From contig JAPDFW010000088.1 in assembly GCA_028826165.1 (NCBI GenBank), positions 124,001 to 188,000 on the forward strand: 64,000 bases of DNA. The letters run 5' to 3'. The stretch is from Anaeramoeba ignava BMAN. Its lineage: Eukaryota > Protista > Anaeramoebae. A model generated the notes under the pieces. That model did not search any database and was not told the DNA's origin. It worked only from the letters and a program-made list of their open reading frames with translations. The translations under genes and the position numbers were made by a program. Below, piece after piece: positions 52,475 through 64,000 of the stretch. Position 1 is the stretch's first letter. Each line of letters opens with the position of its first letter.

Positions 52475-55400
52475 ATGGTTAGAGTCACAGCATCAGAACT
52501 TGCAAAACTTCAAACAAATATAAAAAATATCAGATTAATCAGTATAATTGCTCATGTAGATCATGGTAGAAATAAATCTAAATGGAAGATTAAAATAATT
52601 TAAATATTAATTTAAATATTAATTTAAATATTAATTTAAATATTAATTTAAATAATTGATTTTAATATTAATTTAAATATTAATCTAAATATTGATTTTA
52701 ATATTAATTTAAATATTAATTTAAATATTAATTTAAATATTAATTTAAATATTAATTTAAATATTAATTTAAATATTAATTTAAATATTGATTTAAATAT
52801 TGAATTTAAATATTGATTTAAAAATTAATTTAAATATTAATTTAAATATTAATTTAAATATTAATTTAAATATTAATTTAAATATTAATTTAAATATTAA
52901 TTTTAAATATTAATTTAAATATTAATTTAAATATTAATTTAAATATTAATTTAAATATTAATTTAAATATTAATTTTAAATATTAATTTTAAATATTAAT
53001 TTAAATATTAATTTTAAATATTAATTTAAATATTAATTTAAATATTAATTTAAATATTAATTTTAAATATTATTTAAATATTTGATTTAAATATTAATTT
53101 AAATATTAATTTAAATATTTGATTTTAAATATTAATTTAAATATTAATTTAAATATTAATTTAATATTAATTTTAAATATTAATTTAAATATTAATTTAA
53201 ATATTAATTTAAATATTAATTTAAAATATTAATTTAAATATTGATTTAAATATTGATTTAAATATTGATTTAAATATTGATTTAAATATTAATTTAAATA
53301 TTAATTTAAATATTAATTTAAATATTAATTTAAATATTAATTTAAATATTAATTTAAAATATTTATTTAAATATTAATTTAAATATTAATTTAAATATTA
53401 ATTTAAATATTAATTTAAATATTAATTTAAATATTAATTTAAATATTAATTTAAATATTTAATTTAAATATTAATTTAAATATTAATTTAAATATTAATT
53501 TAAATATTAATTTAAATTAAATTAAATATAAATTTAATTTAAATATTAATTTTAAATATTAATTTAAATATTAATTTAAATATTAATTTAAATATTAATT
53601 TAAATATTAATTTTAAATATTAATTTAAATATTAATTTAAATATTAATTTAAATATTAATTTAAATATTAATTTAAATATTAATTTAAATATTAATTTAA
53701 ATATTGATTTAAATATTAATTTAAATATTAATTTAAATATTGATTTAAATATTAATTTAAATATTAATTTATATATTAATTTAAAAATTTATTTAAATAT
53801 TAAAATAAATATTAATTTAAATATTAATTTAAATATTCGATTTAAAAATTAATTTATATATTGATTTAAATATTTATTTAAATATTTGATTTAAAAAAAA
53901 TAAAGGTAAAACAACCCTTTCTGATTCATTAATATCTTCTAATGGAATAATTTCACCAAGACTTGCTGGAACAGTTCGTTATCTTGATTATCTAGAAGAA
54001 GAACAAGACAAACTTATTACAATGAAAAGCTCATCAATATCACTTTTACATGGAATTGAAAACGAGAAATATTTAATCAACTTAATTGATTCACCAGGAC
54101 ACATTGATTTCAATTCCGAAGTATCAACAGCAGTGCGTGTAACTGATGGAAGTTTAATTGTAGTAGATGTTCTTGAGGGTGTAAGAGTTCAAACTCAAGC
54201 TGTAATTAGACAAGCTTGGTTTGAAGGTGTTAAACTTTGTTTAGTTATTAATAAAATTGATAGACTTTTTTATGAATTAAAAATGCCTCCTTTAGAAGCT
54301 TATCGTCAAATTCAAAAAGTTTTAGAACAAGTTAATGCAGTTATTGGAACGTTAATTTTAAGTGAAGATTTCGATTCAAATCAAAATCAAAATTCAAATC
54401 AAAAATACAAATCAAAATTCAAATCAAAATCAAAATCAAAATCAAAATCAAAATCAAAATCAAAATCAAAATCAAAATCAAAATCAAAATCAAAATCAAA
54501 ATCAAAATCAAAATGAAGAAAATGAAGAACATTTCCATCCTTCAAAGGGAAACGTTATTTTTGCAAGTGCAACAGATGGTTGGGCATTTCAAATTGATAC
54601 ATTTGCAAAAATTTATTCTGATAAAATTGGAATGAATAGAAAAGCTCTTAATAAAATATTATGGGGAGAATTTTATTTTGATCCCAAATCAAAAAAAGTT
54701 TTGAAAAAGTCTCAAAATCTTAAACCAATGTTTGTTCAATTCGTACTTGATCCAATATGGCATATGTATCAAGCAATTCATGCAGATGAACATGATTTAC
54801 AAATAGTGAGTTTAACAGCAGGAAAGAAGAAGAAGAATAAAAGCAAGAAAAAGCATAACAAGAATTCAACTGAAAAAAATCAAAATCAAAATCAAAATCA
54901 AAATCAAAATCAAAATCAAAATCAAAATCAAAATCAAAATCAAAATCAAAAAAATTCAACTGAAAAATTCAAAATCAAAATCAAAATCAAAAAAATTCAA
55001 CTGAAAAAATTCAAAATCAAAATCAAAAAAATTCAACTGAAAAAAATCAAAATCAAAAAAATTCAATCAAAGATAAAAATTTTATGAGATTAGAAAATAT
55101 GGTCCGAAAATTGGGTCTCAAAGTTTCGGATCGAGAACTAAAACAAAAGGATCGCTCTCTTATTGTGCATAGCATCTTCTCCAAATGGCTTCCAATTTCG
55201 AAGGCAGTTTTGGATGTTGTTGTTGCAAAACTCCCTGATCCAAAAACAGCACAAAAAACTCGAATACCAAAACTTTGGCCGGGACTTTTCAAACAACCCG
55301 AATTTGCAAATATAGCAAAATCAATTGAAAATTGTGATCCAAATGCAAATGATTGCTTAATTTTTATTGCGAAAGTATTTTCAACATCAAAAACTTTAAT

Positions 55401-58400
55401 ATCGCGAGTAAGTCAGCCAACAGTATTTATGACACGGGAAGAAGCTATTGAAAAATTAGAAATGCGAGCAAATCAACGAGAAGAAAAAGAAGAAAAAACA
55501 ACGGAAATTGAGAAGAAAAATGAGATCCAAATTAACGAAGAAAACGAAGATAAAACAGATCAAGTTTTCATTGGATTTTCACGTATTTTTTGCGGAACAT
55601 TGAAACCTGGCGTGAGAATCCACATTTTAAGTCCAAGATATGATCCAAATGAACCGGATAACTATCACACAGAAAGTATCATTGGGGATCATGATATATA
55701 TCTTCTCATGGGAAGGGAACTTGAACATCTTCCAAAAATTTCAGCAGGGAATGTGTTTGGACTTGGAGGAAATTTAGTGAGTTCAGTATTAAAAAGCGCC
55801 ACACTTAGCACAACCACGAAGATCCTCCCATTTCCCACTCTCACACGCAATGTGACTCCAATAGTTCAAGTTGCTGTTGAACCAGAGAATCCGTTGGAAA
55901 TGAAAAAATTAATTGAAGGATTGAAACTATTGAATCGATCTGATCCAAGTATTAAAATTACTGTTGGAGACAGTGGAGAAAATGTTATTATTGCCACTGG
56001 CGAAGTCCATTTGGAACGTTGCATTAAGGATTTGCGCAAACGTTTTGCAAAAATTGAAATTTCAACTTCTGCTCCAATTGTTCCTTTTAGAGAAACTATT
56101 ATTTTTGATTCTCAATCCAAAAAATTGGATCCTGTTCATATTTCTACTCCAGATAATGTCTGCTCTTTTTTCATCTCTGCAAAACCCCTTCCTTTGAATA
56201 TCGTTAAGTTTTTGGAAGTTTATGAAAAAAACTCAAAGTTAAGAAAATCAAAACGTTTTCGTCATGTTGAATTTTCTGAACAATTTTATAATGATCTACA
56301 GAATGAATTTGTAAAAGCTGGAAAAAATTGGGAGAAAGAGTTTGAAAATTTATGGGTTTTTGGGCCTTCTCAGTATATATTTCAATTCAAAATATTTATA
56401 AATTAATTATTATTAAATATAAATATTTTATTAAATATAAATATTTTATTAAATATAAATATATTATTAAATATAAATATTTTATTAAATATAAATATTT
56501 TTATTAAATATTTTATTAAATATAAATATTTTATTAAATATAAATATTTTATTAAATATAAAAATTTATAAATATAAAATATTTTGAATATAAAAATATA
56601 TTAAATATAAATATATTATTAAATATAAATATTTTATTAAATATAAATATTTTATTAAATATAAATATTTTAAATATAAATATTTTATTAAATATAAATA
56701 TTTTATTAAATATAAATATTTTGAATATAAATATTTTATTAAATATAAATATTTTATTAAATATAAATATTTTATAAAAATATAAATATTTTGAATATAA
56801 ATATTTTATTAAATATAAATATTTTATTAAATTTAAATATTTTGAATATAAATATTTTATTAAATATAAATATTTTATTAAATATAAATATTTTATTGAA
56901 TATAAATATTTTGAATATAAAATATAAATTTATTATTAAATTTAAATATTTTATTAAATATAAATATTTTTGAATATAAATATTTTATTAAATATAAATA
57001 TTTTATTAAATATAAATATTTTATTAAATTTAAATATTTTATAAATATAAATATTTTATTAAATATAAATATTTTAAATTTAAATATTTTATTAAATTTA
57101 GAATATCAACAAATATACTTCTTAATCATCTTCCTGATAAATCTCTTTTAATTGAAAAACCACTTCAAAATTCAAAATCAACTCCAAAAAATGTTGAGCA
57201 AAATGATGAAAAATCAACTCAAACAATGTCTAAAATTCAAGATCTTTCACATAGTATTATTGCAGGGTTTCAGTTAGCGACACGTTTAGGACCTCTTTGT
57301 GAAGAACCAATGACAGGCGTTTGTTTTTCAATTGAAAATATTTCATTCAATTCAGATGAACAAATAATAAGTTTAGAAGAAGAATTAGAAAAACCTCTTG
57401 ATCATTTGGGTATTTTTACAGGTCAAGTAATTTCAACAGTTAAAGAAGGTTGTTTAAAAGCTTTTTTAAAACATCCAGCTCGACTTGTTGAACCAATTTA
57501 TCTTTGCGAAATTCAAACAAATTGTAATTTTATAATAAATTTTATAAATAATTTTATATTTAATTTTATAAATAATTTTATATTTTATAAATAATTTTAT
57601 AATAAATTATATTTATAATTTTATAAATAATTTTATAAATAATTTTATAAATAATTTTATAAATTTTATAATTAATTTTTTATTTAATTTTATAAATAAT
57701 TTTATAAATAATTTTATATTTAATTTTATATTTAATTTTTTTTAAATTTTATATTAAATTTTATATTTAATTTTATATTTAATTTTATAAATAATTTTAT
57801 AAATAATTTTATAAATAATTTTATATTTAATTTTATAAATAATTTTATATTTAAATTTTATATTTAATTTTATAATTAATTTTATAAATATTTTATAAAT
57901 AATTTTATAATTAATTTTATAAATAATTTTATAAATAATTTTATAATTAATTTTATAAATAATTTTTAAATTTTATATTTAATTTTATAAATAATTTTAT
58001 ATTTAATTTTATAAATAATTTTATAATTAATTTTATAATTAATTTTATAATTAATTTTATAATTAATTTTTGTTCCACTTTTTAAATTTTATAATTAATT
58101 TTATAATTAATTTTATAAATAATTTTATATTTAATTTTATATTTAATTTTATATTTAATTTTATAAATAATTTTATAAATAATTTTATAAATAATTTTAT
58201 AAATAAATTTTATAAATAATTTTATATTAAATTTTATAAATAATTTTATATTTAATTTTATATTTAATTTTTGTTCCACTTTTTTTTAAATTTTATATTA
58301 AATTTTATAATTAATTTTTATTTAAATTTTATAGCGGATGTTCTTGGTAAACTTTATGGTGTTCTTTCAAGAAGAAGAGCAAATGTTATTTCTGAAGATC

Positions 58401-58865
58401 TTAATGAATCAACTATGCTTTTTAATATTACTGCAATGCTTCCTGTTGAAGAATCGTTTGGTTTTGCTGATGAAATGAGATCAAAAACAAGTGGATTCGC
58501 TAATCCTCAACTTGTTTTTGATCATTGGGAAGTTTTGGATATTGATCCCTTTTGGGTTCCTTCAACTGATGATGAAATTGAAGAATTTGGTGAACAAACA
58601 AATGAACAAATTTTAAGTTTAAATCTTGCTAGAAAATTAATCGAAAAAGTGAAAAAAAGAAAGGTTTGTGTTTTTCTTTTCTTTTCTTTTCTTTTATTTT
58701 ATTTTTGTTTTGATTAAAAAAAGTGGAACAAAAAAAATTTTTTTTTATTAATTTATTAATTTTTTTTAAATTTAAATTTTAATAAAAAAACAAAAGGGTT
58801 TGTTTATTGAAGAGAAAATTGTTAAACATGGAGATAAACAAAGAACACTTTCCAAAAAGAAATGA
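52475..58865 (+). CDS. EFL1: Elongation factor-like GTPase 1 (EFL1/Ria1); exons 52475-52565, 53906-56372, 57102-57523, 58335-58663, 58797-58865; frameshifts in NQ tracts at about 54405 and 54970-55060
   Basis: AHVDHG|[75 protein letters not shown] and the EFL1-specific tail [20 protein letters not shown]. Confidence 0.95.
52595..53895. repeat. 12-mer AATTTAAATATT intronic array
   Basis: Fills EFL1 intron 1. Arrays with other units fill introns 56373-57101 and 57524-58334. Confidence 0.9.
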
Positions 58866-58960
58866 AAAAGAAAAAGAACAAAAAAAAAAGAAAAAAATTT
58901 TCCATTTTATTTTTAGAAATAAACTTCAAAAAAAAAACCATAAAATAAAAAATTTCCTTT

Positions 58961-61900
58961 TTAATTAAGTTTATTTGATTGAGTTACGAATAAAATTAAT
59001 TCAGAAAACCAAGGAACTAATTGTAATAAATTTGAAGAATCAACATTTTTTTCAGAATGAATAATAAAGTTCATTAATTTTATAAAAAATGAAGATTCTT
59101 GATTTGAAAAAGATTTTTGGATTAAATTTTGATTTTGATTTTGATTTAAATTTAAATTTAAATTTTGATTTTGATTTTGATTTTGATTTTGATTTGAATT
59201 TAAATTTTGATTTTGATTTTGATTTTGATTTTGATTTAAATTTAAATTTTGATTTTGATTTTGATTTTGATTTTGATTTTGATTTTGATTTTGATTTTGA
59301 ATTTTGATTTTGATTTTGATTTTGATTTTGATTTTGATTTGAATTTAAATCTATTTTCTCAAAAGAAATTGAATTTAAAGAACTTTGAAAATGTTTCATT
59401 TGTGATCCAAATCGAAATGCAATTTTATCAGCATTGAAAATAACATTTTCAGGAATTCCAGCCATTTTTGCAACATGAATACCAAAAGAAACAGGACAAG
59501 AACCAGGAACTAATTTATAAAGTAAAACAATATCTTTTGAATCAGGAGAAGAAGAATAAGCCATATGATAATTAGCGATTCTTTTATCTGAAGGGAATTC
59601 ATCACAAAGAGCATGATGATGAGTAGCAAAAAGAAGTCTGCAAGTTTTTTCATTTAAAAAATATTTCAAAACTGAGTATGCAATTGCATATCCATCTTCT
59701 GTGCTTGTTCCTCTTCCTAATTCATCAAGAATTACCATTGATTTTTCTGTTGAGTTTTGCAAAATGATTGATGTTTCTTTTAGTTCAACCATAAATGTTG
59801 ATTCTCCATAAATAATATCATCACTTGCTCCAATTCTTGTAAAAATTCTATCGACTGGTGTTAAAGAACATGATTTTGCAGGTAAATAACATCCCAATTG
59901 TGCAAGGATAATTCCAATACAAACTTGTCTTAATAAAGTTGATTTTCCTTTTAATTTGATTTTTATTATTTTTAATTTGATTTTGAATTTGATTTTAAAT
60001 TTAATTTAATTTTATTTTGAATTTGATTTTGAATTTGATTTTAATTTTTTGAATTTTGATTTAGATTTTGATTTTGAATTTAATTTTGATTTGATTTTGA
60101 TTTTGGATTTGATTTTGATTTTGATTTAAATTTTGATTTTAATTTTGATTTTGATTTTGATTTTTAATTTGATTTTGAATTTGAATTTGAATTTGATTTT
60201 GATTTTGATTTTGATTTTGATTTTGATTTTGATTTTGATTTTGATTTTGAATTTGATTTTGAATTTGAATTTGATTTTGAATTTAAATTTGATTTTGAAT
60301 TTGAATTTGAATTTGATTTTAAATTTGAATTTTGAATTTAATTTGAATTTGATTTTGAATTTGAATTTTTAATTTGATTTTGATTTTGATTTTGAATTTG
60401 CTTTTGAATTTGATTTTGATTTTGATTTTGATTTTTAATTTTAATTTAAATTTAAATTTTGATTTTGAATTGGATTTTGATTTTGATTTTGATTTTGATT
60501 TTGATTTGATTTTGATTTTGAATTTGATTTTAATTTTGATTTTGAATTTGAATTTTGAATTTGATTTTGATTTTGATTTTGATTTTGATTTTGAATTTGA
60601 ATTTGAATTTGAATTTGATTTTGATTTTGATTTAAATTTTGATTTTAATTTTGATTTTGATTTTGATTTTGATTTTGATTTTGAATTGATTTTGAATTTG
60701 AATTTAATTTTGGATTTGATTTTGATTTTGATTTTGATTTTGATTTTGAATTGAATTTTAATTTTGATTTTGAATTTGAATTTAATTTTGGATTTGATTT
60801 TGATTTTGATTTACCAGCCATATTAGGTCCAGTTATTATTAATGCATTCGGATGCTGTTGTTGATCTTCTCCACATCCTAATATTGTATCATTTGGAATA
60901 AAAGTAGAAACTCTTGATTTAACCCAAGGATGTATCATATTCTCAACATGAAAATATTGATTTCCATTATTCTTTTCAGGATCAGAAAATAAAGGACGAC
61001 AAGATTCATCTATCAATTAAATTTATTAAATTTATTAATATTAAAATTTATTAATATTAAAATTTATTAATATTAAATTTATTAATAATATTAATTAAAA
61101 TTTATTAATATTAAATTTATTAATATTAAAATTTATTAATATTAAAATTTATTAATATTAAATTTTATTAATATTAAATTTTATTAATAAATTTTATTAC
61201 CATCCCAAGAAGCACTAACAACTGCAAGACTTATTAATGCATCTAATTCGGAAAGACACTTTACTGCTCTTGACCAAATTGGAAAATATTCATCAAATTT
61301 CTCCATTAAATTATAAAAAAATTGAGAACCTGATTTTTCTTGTTTGTCTTCATCTTCTAAAATTTTTTGATGAATCTCGCGGATAAATGGGTTCCAAAAC
61401 CGCGACTTTGCTTTTGTTTCACTCATCAAAATAAAATCATCGGGAACTTTTTGTTTCTTCAAAACTTCTTTTGATATTTCTAATTGGAATCGATATTTGC
61501 CAATATCTCTGAACACAATTTTATCGTTATGAAAAAATTTTCTTTGTTGTTTCAAAAATTGATTTAAACTCTCTTTGTGATTATTAAGACTATCCACAAT
61601 TTCATTATAATTTTTTGCAATGGGATCTTTTGAGTGCTTATTTGGTTCGAGTTTTTGTGATTTATTTGCTTTTTTGGAATCAAAACAATCATATATTGCT
61701 TCAATAAAGGGAAGTAAATCAGGAAATTGTTGATTTTTCGTGACGAGATTTATGAGCTTTTGAGACTTAAAATCGGAGGAAAATTCCTCGAATTCTGCAA
61801 ATATTTTCTGTAAATTTTCAAAAGCTTTGAGAGTTTTTAAAAATTGATCCGTTTTGAATCTTCTTGCATGAATTCTTGATATTGAGCGTTCTAAATCGGG

Positions 61901-63017
61901 TAATTTGGAGATTGCTTTGCGTAAAGTTTCCAATGAATGCTCTGGAATACCCATTAAATCCTCCACAATATCAAGTCTTTCGTTGATTTCATTGATATCA
62001 AACAGCGGACGTGAAACCCATTGTTTAAACAATCTCTTTCCAACACCAGTTACACACTGGTTGAGTATATTGAAAAGGGTTCCATCTTCTCCGCCGTCGG
62101 TTGTGTTTTGAAACACTTCCAAATTGATTAAAGTTTGTGCATCCATTACCAAAAATTTTGCATTTTCAACAATACTGTCATAACTAATTTTGCCAAGTGA
62201 TAAAATGTGTTCATCCAATTTCAAAGTTTTTAAATATGACATACAAGCTCCGAATGCTGATAAAAGTAATTTTTCAGAGCGTTGGATTGCTAATTTCAAG
62301 CAAGAAGGAAAAGATTTTTTGTTTCCATTTAAATTTTCATTTTCATTTTCATTTTCATTTAAATTTTCGTCTTCAATCAAATTTTCATTTGAATCAAAAT
62401 TTTCATTTTCTGAAAACTGATCTTGTAAATAATCCACAGTCTTTCCTGCAGACCAAAAATGTGTTGGTTTTAAATAATTGATTAAAGGATGAGCAATTGC
62501 TCTCTTTATCATTGTGATCAATTGGGAACTACAAACACCTTTTTCAACCAAAAATTCTTGAGGTTTAATTTGATACAAAAGAGTTTCAAATTTGCTTCTG
62601 TAAATATCATCATCAAACTCAGCAACATTGAAACTGGATGTTGATGTATCCACAAAACAAATACCAAAACGAATCCTCATTGTTTTTGGATCAATTGATT
62701 CCTTCACTGAAAGTAAATAAGTTGAATTTTGAGTCGAAATCAATCCTTCATCGACAAGTGTTCCAATTGTTAAAACTTGCTTCAATTCTCTTTTCAAAAT
62801 ATTTCTTTTTTTCCCACTTTGTTTTTTGGGTGTGTTTTTCTTCTCCATTTGTCTTGCAATGTCTGTTTCTGTCTGTTCAACTCTTCCAACTTTGAATCCG
62901 CTTGCAACAAATTTCGAAATCCAAAAATCAACAGTTGCTTCAGGAACTCCTGCCATTTTCATTCCTCTTCCTCGAGTGAGTTTTAAATCAAATAAATCAT
63001 GTCCAATTTGAGCATCT
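58961..63017 (-). CDS. MSH6: DNA mismatch repair protein MSH6, 5'-partial; exons about 63017-61201, 61009-60815, 59947-58961 (frameshift in the NQ tail)
   Basis: MAGVPE..GFKVGRVEQTE, LTIGTLVD, TGPNMAG|KSTLLRQ, DRIFTRIGASD, ESTFMVEL, DELGRGTST.DG.AIA, LFATH, CPVSFGIHVA. Confidence 0.93.
59950..60810. repeat. TTTTGA/TTTGAA hexamer array filling the MSH6 intron 60814-59948
   Basis: Direct reading. Confidence 0.9.
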
Positions 63018-63029
63018 CTTAAAAAATAT

Positions 63030-64000
63030 CAATATTAAAAATGAAATCAATAATAAATTAAAATAAATATTAAATTAAACTAAATATTAAATTAAAATCA
63101 ATATTAAATTAAAATAAATATTAAATTAAACTAAATATTAAATTAAAATCAATATTAAATTAAAATAAATATTAAATTAAAATCAATATTAAATTAAAAT
63201 CAATATTAAATTAAAATAAATATTAAATTAAAATCAATATTAAATTAAAATAAATATTAAATTAAAATCAATATTAAATTAAAATCAATATTAAATTAAA
63301 ATAAATATTAAATTAAAATCAATAATAAATTAAAATCAATATTAAATTAAAACTCAATATTAAATTAAACTAAATATTAAATTAAAATCAATATTAAATT
63401 AAAATAAATATTAAATTAAAATCAATATTAAATTGAAACCAATATTAAAAATGAAATAAATATTAAATTAAAATCAATATTAAATTAAAATAAATATTAA
63501 ATTAAAATCAATATTAAATTAAAATCAATATTAAATTAAAATAAATATTAAATTGAAATAAATATTAAATTAAAATAAATATTAAATTAAAATCAATATT
63601 AAAATAAAATAAATATTAAATTAAAATAAATATTAAATTAAAAATCAATATTAAATTAAAATCAATAATAAATTAAAATCAATATTAAATTGAAATCAAT
63701 ATTAAATTAAAATAAATATTAAATTGAAATCAATAATAAATTAAAATAAATATTAAATTAAAATCAATATTAAATTAAAATAAATATTAAATTAAAATAA
63801 ATATTAAATTAAAAATTAAAATTAAAATCAATATTAAATTAAAATAAATATTAAATTGAAATCAATAATAAATTAAAATAAATATTAAATTAAAATCAAT
63901 ATTAAATTAAAATCAATATTAAATTAAAATAAATATTAAATTAAAATAAATATTAAATTAAAATCAATATTAAATTAAAATAAATATTAAATTAAAATCA
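63030..64000. repeat. About 19-20-mer AAAATCAATATTAAATT-type array in an MSH6 intron running off the window
   Basis: Direct reading. Confidence 0.85.

Noticed and set aside
11422-60754. Many ORF-track entries such as (ELNF)n, (ILIL)n, (FDFD)n, (KIKI)n, (LSIC)n, (FINL)n, (INKL)n, (FLNH)n
   Set aside because: They are stop-free shadow frames or antisense readings of tandem repeats in introns, intergenic DNA or real coding repeats.
52475-63017. Inteins in EFL1, MSH6 or other conserved enzymes (Anaeramoeba-like genomes are intein-rich)
   Set aside because: No C/S..HN-C/S/T bounded insertion or LAGLIDADG-like block was seen; the insertions are NQ microsatellites.
1-64000. Non-standard genetic code, U12-type introns, tRNA or rRNA genes
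   Set aside because: TAA, TAG and TGA all terminate recognisable genes, no RTATCC donors were found, and no tRNA- or rRNA-like sequence was seen.

Overview
This is an extremely AT-rich, gene-dense eukaryotic (protist) genomic window using the standard code and GT-AG spliceosomal introns. The poly-(NQ) runs, satellite-filled introns, Inr-like TTTCATTTT elements and a prokaryote-type NADH oxidase suggest an anaerobic metamonad such as Anaeramoeba; this is inference, not demonstrable here. I rebuilt about 19 protein genes by hand-splicing: CNOT1 (3' part), an EEP-fold-like protein, NADH oxidase/CoA-disulfide reductase, an SLC43-like MFS transporter, a BSD protein, RPL26, SYS1, a MITE-truncated hypothetical, a giant repeat+TPR protein, an Sds3-like protein, PCMT, two RasGEFs, two NQ-rich hypotheticals, a GPR137-like 7TM protein, phosphatidylserine synthase, EFL1 and MSH6 (5' end outside the window). 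Most ORF-track entries are shadow frames of repeats. Features not explained by the ORF track: (1) a 278-bp fold-back MITE with TA target duplication whose removal restores a gene's C-terminus; (2) an intergenic box C/D snoRNA of the snR38/SNORD1 type; (3) long introns each filled by their own short tandem repeat that avoids AG on the sense strand; (4) a strand-specific Inr-like motif before nearly every gene; (5) a degraded collinear 'ghost' of PCMT inside its own last intron, possibly an assembly artefact.
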